The notes beneath the pieces were generated by a model. The model was not told the origin of the DNA, searched no databases, and was given only the letters and a program-made list of their open reading frames with translations. From positions 1 to 38,224 of the IMG/VR virus record IMGVR_UViG_3300042902_000101: a stretch of DNA of 38,224 nucleotides; one strand, 5' to 3'. The position numbers and the translations under genes were made by a program. Shown here piece after piece: positions 22,997 through 33,700 of the stretch. The stretch is from a virus. Position 1 is the stretch's first letter; each line of letters starts with the position of its first letter.

Positions 22997-23004
22997 TATA
23001 TTTG
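22997..23004 (+). promoter_or_regulatory. Bacteroidota-type -7 box TATATTTG upstream of the packaging genes
   Basis: Exact TAnnTTTG match, 27 nt before ATG 23032. Confidence 0.5.
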
Positions 23005-23031
23005 TATTGTATAAATATAAAATAAAAAGTT

Positions 23032-23484
23032 ATGGCTTATTCAGATTTGGAAAAGGACCAAATTTTCGACGATGTTATCGAAGAAATTATAGAAGGGCGT
23101 TCTTTACGAAGCATTTTAAAAGACAAAGGTATGCCTTCGGCGTCCAATTTCTTAAGGTGGCTTTCGTTGGACGAACTAAAACAGAAACAATATGCGCGCG
23201 CGTGCGAGGCTCGGGCCGATTATTTATTCGAACAAACTATCGAAATCGCAAATAATACGGAAGCGGGAACGGAAACGACGGTAGATCATAACGGTATAAA
23301 AATAGTTACTAAAGATATGCTAGGCCACCGAAGACTAAAAATCGACGCGATACATTGGCATATATCGAAAATGAATCCGAAGAAATATGGTAATAAAATC
23401 GACCTTACAACGGACGGCGACAAAATAGAAAACGCCGCGCCAGTTTGGGCCTTTATTAATGCGGAAAAAACAGAAGATAAATAA
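23032..23484 (+). CDS. terS: Terminase small subunit
   Basis: N-terminal HTH-like GRSLRSILKDKGMPSASNFLRWL, then KQYARACEARADYLFEQTIEIAN, a pattern common in phage small terminases. Sits directly upstream of TerL. Confidence 0.7.
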   Translation: MAYSDLEKDQIFDDVIEEIIEGRSLRSILKDKGMPSASNFLRWLSLDELKQKQYARACEARADYLFEQTIEIANNTEAGTETTVDHNGIKIVTKDMLGHRRLKIDAIHWHISKMNPKKYGNKIDLTTDGDKIENAAPVWAFINAEKTEDK

Positions 23485-24852
23485 ATGAATGTTTTAAAAG
23501 AGTACCAGCCACTTTATATCGACGAAAATTTTTACCAAGCCGATTGTTTCGGCGGCCGTGCCGGGGCTAGGTCTTATTCATTAACCCAGCATGCACTATA
23601 TAATCTTCTTTATACCCCTATTTTTCGTAGTTTCTTCATTCGCGAAGTACATTCTACGATATATAGTTCTATGTGGCAAGATTTAAAAGACCGGGTTTCG
23701 GAGTACGAAGAATTGCACGGCGTTTCTTTATCCGGAGTTATTGAAATTTCAGATAATAAGAACGGCGAAAACTACGCAAAGAATAAAAAGACCGGGGCGT
23801 CTATAACGACAAAAGGGTTTAAAATATCGTCGGGCAATCAAACGGCGAATTTAAAGTCTTTAGCCGGGGCCACGCATTTATATATAGATGAGTGCGACGA
23901 AACCAGCGAAGACGCTTTTAGAAAATTGAAGTTGTCCTTCAGAAAAAAGGGGGCGCAAATTAAGATAGTAAGGGCTTTTAACCCGCCATTCGCCGGGCAT
24001 TGGATTTGGAAGGACTACGACCTTACAAAAGTAACGGCGGCAAGTTTGCGAAGTATGGTTTACCAGGCTTCGAACCTAGACCCTAAAATTATAGAAGAAC
24101 AACTAGCTAGAAACAATAAGACGTATTATACGGCGAAAATTAAGCCGGACAAAAAGAATTATATTTGTATTAATACTAATTTCTTGAATAACTACGAAAA
24201 CTTAAACCCGCAACTTTTTGAAGAATTTGATACTATTTTTAAGGACGATTTCCACTACTACTGCATACATATTCTAGGCCTTATACCGAACGAAGAAGGC
24301 GATACGGTTTACAACGATTTTAACCTGGGCGATAATTTTACCGAGAAAACGGCAAGACCTGGCGACGTTTTACATATTGGTATGGATTTTAACATTACCA
24401 AAATGTCGGCCGTCGTTCACATAGTAGAAGAAAAAAATAAATATGCGGTCGAAGAATTTACTAACCTTTTCGATACTTACCAAATGTGCGAAGCTATACG
24501 AAGCCGTTTCCCTGGCTACAAAGTAGTAGTTTATCCCGATGCCAGCGGCCAAAGTAGAAGCACCAGCGGGGCTAGTGATGTCGATATAATTAAAAGTTTT
24601 GGCTTTTCGGTAAGGGCGCCGAAAAAGAATGGTTTTGTAAGGGACCGAATAAATATGGTTAATTCGGCTTTCAGAAATAGAACGTACTTTGTAAATACCT
24701 TTAGATGCCCGGACTATACCCTAGCTTTGCAAAAGCTTAAATTCAAGAACGGCGAACCGGATAAGTCTTCGGGCTTCGATCACGTAGTAGACGCCGGCGG
24801 CTATTTTATAGTAAACCAGCCCCGCGTAATTTCTGGGTCTTCGAACCTATAA
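23485..24852 (+). CDS. terL: Terminase large subunit
   Basis: Walker A-like CFGGRAGARSYS, Walker B HLYIDECDE. C-terminal nuclease acidic residues in HIGMDFN, VVVYPDASG and DHVVDAGGY. Confidence 0.85.
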   Translation: MNVLKEYQPLYIDENFYQADCFGGRAGARSYSLTQHALYNLLYTPIFRSFFIREVHSTIYSSMWQDLKDRVSEYEELHGVSLSGVIEISDNKNGENYAKNKKTGASITTKGFKISSGNQTANLKSLAGATHLYIDECDETSEDAFRKLKLSFRKKGAQIKIVRAFNPPFAGHWIWKDYDLTKVTAASLRSMVYQASNLDPKIIEEQLARNNKTYYTAKIKPDKKNYICINTNFLNNYENLNPQLFEEFDTIFKDDFHYYCIHILGLIPNEEGDTVYNDFNLGDNFTEKTARPGDVLHIGMDFNITKMSAVVHIVEEKNKYAVEEFTNLFDTYQMCEAIRSRFPGYKVVVYPDASGQSRSTSGASDVDIIKSFGFSVRAPKKNGFVRDRINMVNSAFRNRTYFVNTFRCPDYTLALQKLKFKNGEPDKSSGFDHVVDAGGYFIVNQPRVISGSSNL

Positions 24853-24867
24853 TATAAATAAAATTAG

Positions 24868-24875
24868 TATATTTA
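24868..24875 (+). promoter_or_regulatory. -7-like box TATATTTA
   Basis: In the 56-nt gap after terL, 33 nt before ATG 24909. Confidence 0.35.
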
Positions 24876-24908
24876 CCGCAAAGAATAATTAATCTAAAAA
24901 CTAATAAC

Positions 24909-25385
24909 ATGCAAAAAAAGGCAAAGAGTGAAACCAAAGAAGTAAGCAGAACTTTAAACAAAGACGAATCGTACCAAGAAATTTATTCCGGTTTTAGGGA
25001 ATCGGTAGCCCAAAGGCTAGAAGAATTTCTAACGACTGAAGAAGAAAACGGAAAAAGAGTCCCTAACGGCAAAAGGTTAAATTCCGAAAGCAAAAAGCAG
25101 CTTCTTATCCCTTTTTTAGATGAAAAAGGCTTCGACAATTTACAGAAGATAAGCGACGAAGCACTACTTATAAGTTCGAAGTCTTCGAAGCAGCCAAAAG
25201 AGGTTCGCGACGTAATACTTTCACTTTGTACCGCTATAGTTTTACGATACCAATTAAAACTTAACGATGCAAAAAACCAGGAAGACGCAAAAATTAAAGC
25301 TAAAGAAGAAGCCAAACTAAAAAGGGCCGAAAAAGCTAAAGCCAAAAAAGATGCCGAAAAGACCCCAATTCTTAAAAAGGTTTAA
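24909..25385 (+). CDS. Hypothetical Lys/Glu-rich protein
   Basis: 158 aa with the C-terminal tail KAKEEAKLKRAEKAKAKKDAEK. Confidence 0.55.
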   Translation: MQKKAKSETKEVSRTLNKDESYQEIYSGFRESVAQRLEEFLTTEEENGKRVPNGKRLNSESKKQLLIPFLDEKGFDNLQKISDEALLISSKSSKQPKEVRDVILSLCTAIVLRYQLKLNDAKNQEDAKIKAKEEAKLKRAEKAKAKKDAEKTPILKKV

Positions 25386-25959
25386 AAAATTTTTCTCTAG
25401 GAAAAAGAAATTTTTGGTTGCTAATAAAGATATTTCTAAAGACTCTACCGTCGAAGAATTATTTAATAGCGACCAAGATATTTCTTTGCTTATGGAACTT
25501 TTAACCCCTTCAAATATTATCTTCGGCAAAGAAGTAAAGCCTTTTACGAAATTCGAATTTCAAGAAGTACACGATATTTTAAATTTCCAGGAAGAAGGCA
25601 AGGTACTAGAAATAGTGGAAATATTGACAAAAAAAAATTTAAACGAAATTTTATCTATAGATTCGCAAAGTTTCCTTAAATTTGTCAAATGGATAAACGC
25701 CCAGACGAAAATAATTCTTTTGATCTATGGCACGTTACAAAGCGACGAAATGGATTCCGAAGATATGGCTTACCAAAACGCTGGGGCCGATAAATTAAAT
25801 ATCTATAAAGAAAACATGGTTTATTATTCCATAAACAAAAACCCAGCAACCTGGCCGAATATGCGAAAAGTAATTTTCGAAGAAATGTTTACTAAATTAA
25901 TGATAGATAGGGATATGAAGGGGATAAATAAAAAATATATTAAAAGTTTAAAGAAATAA
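25351..25959 (+). CDS. Hypothetical protein (basic N-terminus)
   Basis: 202-aa ORF. ATG 25351 overlaps the upstream gene by 35 nt. Confidence 0.6.
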   Translation: MPKRPQFLKRFKKFFSRKKKFLVANKDISKDSTVEELFNSDQDISLLMELLTPSNIIFGKEVKPFTKFEFQEVHDILNFQEEGKVLEIVEILTKKNLNEILSIDSQSFLKFVKWINAQTKIILLIYGTLQSDEMDSEDMAYQNAGADKLNIYKENMVYYSINKNPATWPNMRKVIFEEMFTKLMIDRDMKGINKKYIKSLKK

Positions 25960-25960
25960 A

Positions 25961-26443
25961 ATGGTCGAAATTTGGAAAAGAATAACCGAACTTTTAAACG
26001 CGTCGAACGACTGCGGGCTTTGCTTTGAATTTATAGGGGCCGGGCGTGCCGACTACTTTAACAATTTCAAACTTCGAACCGGTAAAGAATGTTGCGTATA
26101 TCTTGGACTTCTTAAGTTCGGGGGCCGTTCTGGTTTTACGGACCAAGGCCAGGGATCTATAAAAACATACGATAATTTAACTTTCGAAGTAGTCGTAGGC
26201 TTACCTTCTACTTTAGATATTCAATTCTATAATGAAAACCCGAATATCGACGTAGCCGAGTCTAAATATATTAAATACATACAACCGCTTATAAATTGCC
26301 TTGGCGATTCGTTTGTCCTAGATTGCGTAGAATTTCCAGATATGGAAGTTTCCGAATGGTCGTGGGACGTTTTACTTAATTACCAAGATTTCAATATAGA
26401 CGGTATAAAAATAAAAGGAACTTTTAAAAGATATGTTAACTGA
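25961..26443 (+). CDS. Hypothetical structural protein (neck/connector candidate)
   Basis: 160-aa ORF in the morphogenesis block. The call rests on position only. Confidence 0.55.
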   Translation: MVEIWKRITELLNASNDCGLCFEFIGAGRADYFNNFKLRTGKECCVYLGLLKFGGRSGFTDQGQGSIKTYDNLTFEVVVGLPSTLDIQFYNENPNIDVAESKYIKYIQPLINCLGDSFVLDCVEFPDMEVSEWSWDVLLNYQDFNIDGIKIKGTFKRYVN

Positions 26444-26870
26444 TGCCCAAATAGAAAACGTAGTTTCGGTAGTAGTTCAAAAAGTTCTATTTCCTAAATT
26501 CGATCAGCTAGGTATGAACGCTTCCGGAAATTGGAAGGAAACAACCAGGGCCGAAGGCAATACTATAATAGGGCCAGCTTATACGGAACAACTAGCAAAA
26601 GGAAGGGCGCCAGGTGCGCGGCCCCCGATTTCGCCTATTGAAAAATGGGTCGAAGCCAAACTAGGACTTTCGGGAAAACAAGCCACTTCCGTAGCTTGGG
26701 CGATAAGTATAAACATTGCGAAGAAGGGGACGACCTGGCACCAAAAAGGGGGGACCGATATTCTGGAAGTTTTAGAAAGTAAAGAAGTTTACGACCTTTT
26801 TGTAAAAACCTACGCGTTAGAAGTGAAAGCGATATTATCGGACAACTTTCGAAGAAGTTTAAAAGTATAA
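26433..26870 (+). CDS. HK97 gp10-like neck/tail-completion protein (tentative)
   Basis: GRAPGARPPISPIEKWVEAKLG...VAWAISINIAKKGT resembles the conserved core of the HK97 gp10 family. Confidence 0.5.
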   Translation: MLTDAQIENVVSVVVQKVLFPKFDQLGMNASGNWKETTRAEGNTIIGPAYTEQLAKGRAPGARPPISPIEKWVEAKLGLSGKQATSVAWAISINIAKKGTTWHQKGGTDILEVLESKEVYDLFVKTYALEVKAILSDNFRRSLKV

Positions 26871-26883
26871 AAATATAAAAAAT

Positions 26884-28014
26884 ATGGCTATTTTATTCGA
26901 CGTACCACTAACCCAAAATTTACTACACCTAGTAGGGGTAAACAATATAATTAAATTCTATACCGATAGTCTTCTGGATATTAAAAACGCGGAAATTACA
27001 ATACCGAACAACGGCGACCCGATAGTAAAGACTATATTTCCGGGACCTTCTAATAAATTTTATTATAACTTCAAAGAAATTATATCTATAATTATAAATA
27101 AAGACGGCTTTAAAGACGATATAGATTTTTCGCTAGTTGTGAACGACTGGACGGCGAAGGCTTACCTTTACGAACAAATAGAAATTAAAATTAATTTTGT
27201 AGATACGTCTTTCGAAACGGAAATATTAGATACTAGTTGGGTAAACATGATTTTACAACACTATAACTACAGATTTAACTACTATTCGGAACTTTTAAGG
27301 GGTACGGCTTGGCTTCTGAAGCCAAAGCACCCGGAAAAGAAACACCGTATAAAATACTGGAAGGGGTACCCTTTTAGTTTTGGGTTTTATACCGGCCAAT
27401 TTGCTGGGGGGACTGCAAACGGACAACTTCAAGGGGGCGGCCCTATTCAATATTTTTTTAATTTTCCTACCGTAACGCGTTTAGTAGTTTCGGACGGCTT
27501 AAACGAAAATATAAATTTCCTATATAACGAAAATAGTTATAAAATGGTTATCGGCGGTACGGGGTTTAAATTCAATTTTACGCGTATTGTTAGCGATTGC
27601 TTAAAAAATAATAATATATATATTAAATGGCTAAATTCTTTTGGCGATTTCGACTATTGGCTTTTTAAAAGGGCCGATACTGAAAGGAAAATTAAGGGCC
27701 TCGGCGTAATAGATAACGATTTCGGAAACTTCGAAGGGACTACTTCGCCATTCCAAAATATAGGGGTTAACGGTTCGGATTCTTTGAAAGTCTTTGAAAC
27801 TTTTAGCGAAGACGATATGGTCTATATCGCCGATATGTTTATTAGTCCGAAGATATATTTATTTAGAGGTTTACCGAACCAAGTAAGCACCCAAGACGAT
27901 TGGGTCGAAATTACTCTAGCTTCTGGGGGTAATCAAATAGTTAGTAGGAAATACCAAAATACGCAACTAGAATTAGAATTTAACATGCCGGACCTTATAA
28001 CTAGAAAATTATAG
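26884..28014 (+). CDS. Putative tail-tip/baseplate protein
   Basis: 376-aa beta-rich ORF directly upstream of the large fibre-like protein. No diagnostic motif. Confidence 0.55.
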   Translation: MAILFDVPLTQNLLHLVGVNNIIKFYTDSLLDIKNAEITIPNNGDPIVKTIFPGPSNKFYYNFKEIISIIINKDGFKDDIDFSLVVNDWTAKAYLYEQIEIKINFVDTSFETEILDTSWVNMILQHYNYRFNYYSELLRGTAWLLKPKHPEKKHRIKYWKGYPFSFGFYTGQFAGGTANGQLQGGGPIQYFFNFPTVTRLVVSDGLNENINFLYNENSYKMVIGGTGFKFNFTRIVSDCLKNNNIYIKWLNSFGDFDYWLFKRADTERKIKGLGVIDNDFGNFEGTTSPFQNIGVNGSDSLKVFETFSEDDMVYIADMFISPKIYLFRGLPNQVSTQDDWVEITLASGGNQIVSRKYQNTQLELEFNMPDLITRKL

Positions 28015-28016
28015 AT

Positions 28017-30704
28017 ATGAGTTATATTTTATATATCAATAGCGTACAAATAGACCTAAAAGAAGCTAGGGAAATTTCACTTTCTAAACAAGTGGACGAT
28101 ATAGCCGTACTATCTACTAGACAAACTAATTTTTCTAAACAATTAAAAATAAAAAATACCGCGGCAAACGAAAAGGCCCTAGGCTATTTGGGGGTCGTGG
28201 GTAATTCTTCGAATACGCCATATACTAAAAACGACGCCGATTTACTAGACGCCGAAAGCGGGGAATTTATAATATATAAAGGCTGGGCCGTTATTCTATC
28301 CAGGGACGAAGAATATTATACTATCGCAATTTATGACGGTATGATAGATTTCTATAAAGCGATAGATAACAAGAAAATGAGCGATTTGGACCTAACCGAA
28401 ATAAACCATTTTAGGACTATTACCACTATCCAGGATTCAATACTTAATAATTTACCTTACAAATATATTATTGCAGACTATAACGGCGGCGGTACTATTT
28501 TAAACGAGCCTACAATAAACGCCGACTATCTTATCCCGGCGGTTAGTATTCCGTGGCTTTTTGCAAAGATTTTCGAAACTTACGGCTTTACTTTTTCCGG
28601 CGAATTATTTAACTACGACGATTATAAGGATCTTTGGCTAACTTACCCAAAAGGTACGACGGTAGGACTAGACCAGACCACGCCACTTCTGGACGTTACT
28701 AGTTCTTCGGCCATATATAGTGGGGGCCAAACTTTGGTACCAATAGACTTAAATACCTACCTTTTAACTGCGGGACTTATCCAATACACGGCCCCGAATA
28801 ACTACGAATTTTATATTTGCCCGAGCGAAGGACAAATTCGCGTTTCTTACCATACATATAGGTTCGAAGCTACCTATATTTATAACTCGGGACAAATAGA
28901 ACAAGATACTTTTACTTGCCCTTTGATTGTAGAAAATAGAAATTCGAATACTTTTTATACAATATTATTTAACCAGGAATTATATATACCCGTTCAAGAA
29001 GGGGACGAACTATATTTTTATGCCTCGGCAATTTTTAGACAAAACGCCGGAGGCTACGCCGATTATGTTATCGGGGACGGGAATTTTACGCTAGATCTAT
29101 ACCAGGGCGAAGCGATAGATTTTAAGGAAGCTTTCGATAAATTGTTAATCAAAGATTTTATAAACGAAATTTTGTGGCTTTTTTGCCTAACACCTTTTAA
29201 AAATAGATATACTACGAATATACATTTTCTTACTTTTAACGAACGAGTACTTACCCCAATGGCTAGCGACTGGTCCGAAAAATTTATTCGTTTGAAATCC
29301 GAAAAATATATCTTCGGGGCCTACGGAAAAGAAAATACACTAAAACATAAATATAACGCAAGTAACGCCGATTATAACGACGCTTTTTTCTCTATCGAAA
29401 ACGAAAATTTAAAAGATTTCAAGACGGTAATACAATCTAAATTTTATACGCCGGAATATTTAAAGGAAATAACGGTAGACGATAGGCTGGTTAAGACTTA
29501 TAAATTATGGAATAAAGAAATAAAAGATAATAGCGCCGTAAAATATAAAGCCCTAGATAACCGTTTTTATTTTATAAAATATACCGATACGGTACTAACT
29601 AACCCGGTAACTATTGCTAGTAGTGCTTTGGGTGCTAGTGCGGTATTTAATTCTTTACCTTTAGAACGAAACGACGGGCTAACCTTTAGCGAAATTAAAA
29701 GAAAATGGTATTCTAAACTAGGCTACGTTTTGAATAAAACGAAACTTTTAGAAATACAAGTTTATTTAAACAAAAACGATTTCCAAAATATAGACTTTAC
29801 AGAAAAAATATATTTGGAACAATTAGGCGGGTCTTTTTTATTAAATAAAGTTTCGAATTTTGTACCTAATAAACCTACTACCGTGCAAGTTCTGAAGATA
29901 AACCAAACGGAATTAATAGAAACGGAGTTCGGCCCAGGTGGCGGGACCGGAATAACTACGCTAGTGCATGATATAACGCTGGAAGCCGAAGTACCAACTA
30001 ACTACGATTTTAATATTACTAACGAATTATATATCGGGGTGGTTTTAGGCCCTAACGAAGTTATTTCACAAATAGAGTTCCAAAACTATAACGGGGGCTT
30101 ATTAACAACCTTCGGCGACGATATTATCCAAGGGGCCGGAGTGGTTCAATTTGGGAATGTATTAACTTTACATTCTTTAAATATAGATAATACGTACGAC
30201 TACACGGTTACGCCCAGAATTTTTACATATAATTATCATGTTTATATTTTGAATACTTTAACAAATGTTTTAACTTTGGCTTATAATGTAGTTAAAAATT
30301 TTACTATTAATTATACGGAAGCTTGGGGCCGTTCTTTGTCTTTAAATGTTTCAAACGGTGGGCAAGATACGCAATACCTAAACAACGATTTCGAACTGAA
30401 CGCACCCTTACGACCTAACGAAGTTATTTCGCACATTATACCAATAGATTTCGACCAGGAACCTGGGCCGACTAGTGAATTTTGGGCCGTAAATATTATA
30501 GCCATGCAAATAGGGGTACAAGCTAATTTTGTGGACCAATTAGTTATAGAACCCCACAAAGTAGACGGGACGTATATTCCACCAACTGGGACGCAATACG
30601 GTTTAACAATTTTTTACGAACTTTGGGCGTATAATACTAATACTATGACTTACAGACTTATATACAACTATTGTTCTATTCAAGCAACGCTTACTTATAA
30701 TTAA
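28017..30704 (+). CDS. Putative tail fibre / host-recognition protein
   Basis: 895 aa, Asn/Tyr/Thr-rich and beta-type in composition. C-terminal internal duplication marked by PNEVIS(Q/H)I. Confidence 0.6.
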   Translation: MSYILYINSVQIDLKEAREISLSKQVDDIAVLSTRQTNFSKQLKIKNTAANEKALGYLGVVGNSSNTPYTKNDADLLDAESGEFIIYKGWAVILSRDEEYYTIAIYDGMIDFYKAIDNKKMSDLDLTEINHFRTITTIQDSILNNLPYKYIIADYNGGGTILNEPTINADYLIPAVSIPWLFAKIFETYGFTFSGELFNYDDYKDLWLTYPKGTTVGLDQTTPLLDVTSSSAIYSGGQTLVPIDLNTYLLTAGLIQYTAPNNYEFYICPSEGQIRVSYHTYRFEATYIYNSGQIEQDTFTCPLIVENRNSNTFYTILFNQELYIPVQEGDELYFYASAIFRQNAGGYADYVIGDGNFTLDLYQGEAIDFKEAFDKLLIKDFINEILWLFCLTPFKNRYTTNIHFLTFNERVLTPMASDWSEKFIRLKSEKYIFGAYGKENTLKHKYNASNADYNDAFFSIENENLKDFKTVIQSKFYTPEYLKEITVDDRLVKTYKLWNKEIKDNSAVKYKALDNRFYFIKYTDTVLTNPVTIASSALGASAVFNSLPLERNDGLTFSEIKRKWYSKLGYVLNKTKLLEIQVYLNKNDFQNIDFTEKIYLEQLGGSFLLNKVSNFVPNKPTTVQVLKINQTELIETEFGPGGGTGITTLVHDITLEAEVPTNYDFNITNELYIGVVLGPNEVISQIEFQNYNGGLLTTFGDDIIQGAGVVQFGNVLTLHSLNIDNTYDYTVTPRIFTYNYHVYILNTLTNVLTLAYNVVKNFTINYTEAWGRSLSLNVSNGGQDTQYLNNDFELNAPLRPNEVISHIIPIDFDQEPGPTSEFWAVNIIAMQIGVQANFVDQLVIEPHKVDGTYIPPTGTQYGLTIFYELWAYNTNTMTYRLIYNYCSIQATLTYN

Positions 30705-30710
30705 AAAGAT

Positions 30711-33700
30711 ATGGCAAATACTGAAATTTTAGCGCGTTTCGATATTGACGACTCGGCGATTATTACGAAAATCGCAAACAATAAAAAAGAAATAGGCGAA
30801 CTAAAAGCGGCCAACAAAGATTATATTTCCGAATATACGAAAGGACTAAAGGACGCCCAAAAGGAAATAAAAAACCAGGAAGCGAGCCAAAAGAAATTAA
30901 CGGACGAACTAAAGGCCGGAAATATTACCCAATCGGCTTACAACCAATTAATAGACGATTCAAACGCCCAAATTAAAAAGGCGCAATTCGAAGTCGTGGA
31001 ACTTGCCAAGGCCTACGAAGTAAATTCCCGCGCTATTGCGGTAAACGAAGAAAAAGTAAAAGCTTTATCTACTGAAAATAGGGGGCTTTCTACAAGTTAC
31101 CAGGCGGTTATCTTCGCCCAAAATGGCCTACTTCAAAACTACACTAGCGAAGGCAAAAGCGTACAAGAACTACGCGAAGATAACCTTAAACTAATAAAGA
31201 TTAGGAACCAGCTTGCGACGGCGACCAATGGCGAAAGCGAAGATATTAAGAAACTAAACGCGATAATAGACGAAAATACGGCGACTATCCGGGCCAATGT
31301 TTCCCAGGACGAAAAAAGAATTTTAAATATAGGTAACTATCGCGAAGCGTTCGAAGGCGCTTTGGCTTCCTTTAAAAATGGGGATTTCAAGGGCGGACTG
31401 GATCAATTACGCGAAGCCGGCGCGGGCGTAGGTGCCAGCCTTCAAGGAATGGTAGCCCAGGCTAGGGCCTTTATCGCCACACCTTTAGGGGCTGCAATCG
31501 CTGCAATCGTTGCAATCGGTGCGACTACTAAATTTATATTCGATTTTAACGAAGGTTTAAAAGAATCGAATCTTCTATTACGTAGTTTTGGGGTAAGTTC
31601 CCAAGAAACTTCGAAAGTACGTTCCGAGATAGAAGCCACGGCTAAAACTTTCGATAAATCGTTCGAAGAAATAGCCGAAAAAGCTAATTCGCTTTCGAAA
31701 GCGTACGGTATTTCGATGTCCGAAGCTAATACCGTAATTCGCGAAGGGTTAGCAACCGGAGGCGCACAAAACGAAGAATTTTTGGATTCCTTGGGGGAAT
31801 ATGACGTCTTTTTCCAGAAGGCTGGCTTTTCGGCCCGAGAATTTACCAATATACTAAACGAAGGTAGTACTTTAGGTATTTACGCCGATAAATTGCCCGA
31901 TGCTATTAAGGAATCCGGCCTAGCTTTAGAAGAACAAACTAAAACAACTAGGGACGCTTTAGTAAATGCTTTTGGGGCTTCTTTTACGGACGATATTCTT
32001 AAAAAGGTAAGAACTGGCGAAATAACTACAAAAGACGCCCTATCTTCAATAGCAGCAGAAGCGGAAAAGGCGAACCTTAACCAGCAGCAACTAGCACAAC
32101 TTACCGCCGACGTCTTCAAAGGGGCCGGCGAAGATGCGGGCGGGGCTTTAAATGTTTTAAAGGCTATTTCTGGCGCGGCAAAGACTGAACTAGACGCCGT
32201 GGCGAAATCGCAACTTAATTTAGCAAAAGCTAACGAAGAATATAACAAAGAACAAGCGAGGCTTTTCGAAATCGAAGGTTTCGGGACCACTTGGGCAAAT
32301 ATAAAAACCAAAGCGTTAGAATTTTTTACTTCGGCGCTAAAATATATTGGCGACTTTAGGGACGCTATACAACCTATTATAAATATAGTCGGGGTATTAC
32401 TGGCGAACGCTTGGGCCTATTTGTCCGGCGTAGTTTCTACTTCTTTTAGTGTTATTTTAGGAGGCTTTAAAATACTCGGGAATGTAATTTCTACTTTTGT
32501 AAATGTAGTTACGGCTTTATTTAGCGGGGATTTAAAAGGCGCACTAAACGCGCTAACGCAAGGGTTTTTAAATTTTGGTAACATTATAACGACCACTTTT
32601 GCAAAAATAAAAAATACTATTTTAGGTACCCTTCAAGATATTGTTTCTAACGTGGCCCCTATATTGGAAGTTTTAGGCGTGGACGTCGATAAGCTTACCA
32701 AAAAACTGGAAAACTTCAAAACTAAAATACCGGAATCTAAAGACGTTAATATTTCCGGCTCGGTAGAAGAAACTAAAGTAACTAAAAATGTAACTAAAGA
32801 TTCCTTAAGCCCGGAACAAATAGCAGCTTCTAAAAAATCCCTAGAAGATGCAAGGAAGAAAATAGAAGAAGCTAAAAAAGCGGAACAAGAAGCGCTTAAA
32901 GAACAACTAGAATTAGCAAAAAATTTAGTAGATGAAAAAATAAGGCTTGCCGGTACCGAATTAAATAATTATATTTTAAATAATTCTTCTAAACTGGCAA
33001 ACGAAAAAGTACTATCCCAGGCGTTAATCGAAGAAGAAAAAACCAGGCTTCAAACTATCGCCGATTCGCGAAAAAAAATCCTAGACGACGAACTTAAGGC
33101 GAAACAAAATAATATAAACCAGGAACTAGAAGCCGAGGCTATAAAATCGCAATCTTTATCCGGTACGGCGTTAGAAAATTCTAATTTATATATCGAAACC
33201 AAAAGAAACGAATTGGCCCTTCTTACTTCGGAGTATTACGGTAAAGACTTACAACTTAAGCAAGAAACCGAAGCGGCTAAAAATTCGATAGATAAATTAT
33301 ATAGCGACCAACTAGCGGAACAAAAACAACTTACCCAGGCTTTAGCCTACCAAGAAGAATTAATTACTTTAGAAGCTAAAGGCGCTACCGAGTTCGAAAT
33401 ACGTTCGGCACAATTGGACCAACAATACGAAATGGAGGCCCAAAAGTACCTAGACGATATTTATAATAAGTTTAATTTAAAAATCGAGGCGGACGAAGAA
33501 AATTATACTATCCAGCAAGAACTAGACCTAGTAAAAGAAGAACTAGAAAACCAAATACTAGTAGAAAAAGACGCGAATAAACTAGCGACGTTAAACAATA
33601 ATCTAGCCCAAATAAACCAACTAGAACAAAAGTACGCGAAGAATAAAGAAGAAATAACCAAAGCGTCCGAGGCGGCAAGGTTAAACTCAATTAGTTCTAC

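Noticed and set aside
22962-23255. 97-aa + strand ORF starting in element B and overlapping terS in another frame
   Set aside because: Non-ATG start inside the T-rich iteron region and an Arg/Phe-rich nonsense-like composition. The terS frame has clear conserved motifs.
25321-25385. Possible programmed frameshift between 24909..25385 and 25351..25959 at the A-run CCAAAAAAG (25342-25350)
   Set aside because: The downstream ORF is in the +1 frame, not -1. The -1 frame hits a stop within 9 codons. The A-run is not in the X XXY YYZ register. The downstream ORF also has its own ATG. Simple overlap is the more economical reading.
31442-32311. Minus-strand ORFs inside the tape-measure gene (similar cases at 7422..7865, 10226..10681, 14708..15004, 35599..35901 and 36100..36426)
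   Set aside because: All lie entirely within long + strand genes with strong motifs or composition, have no promoter or start context, and show low-complexity antisense composition.
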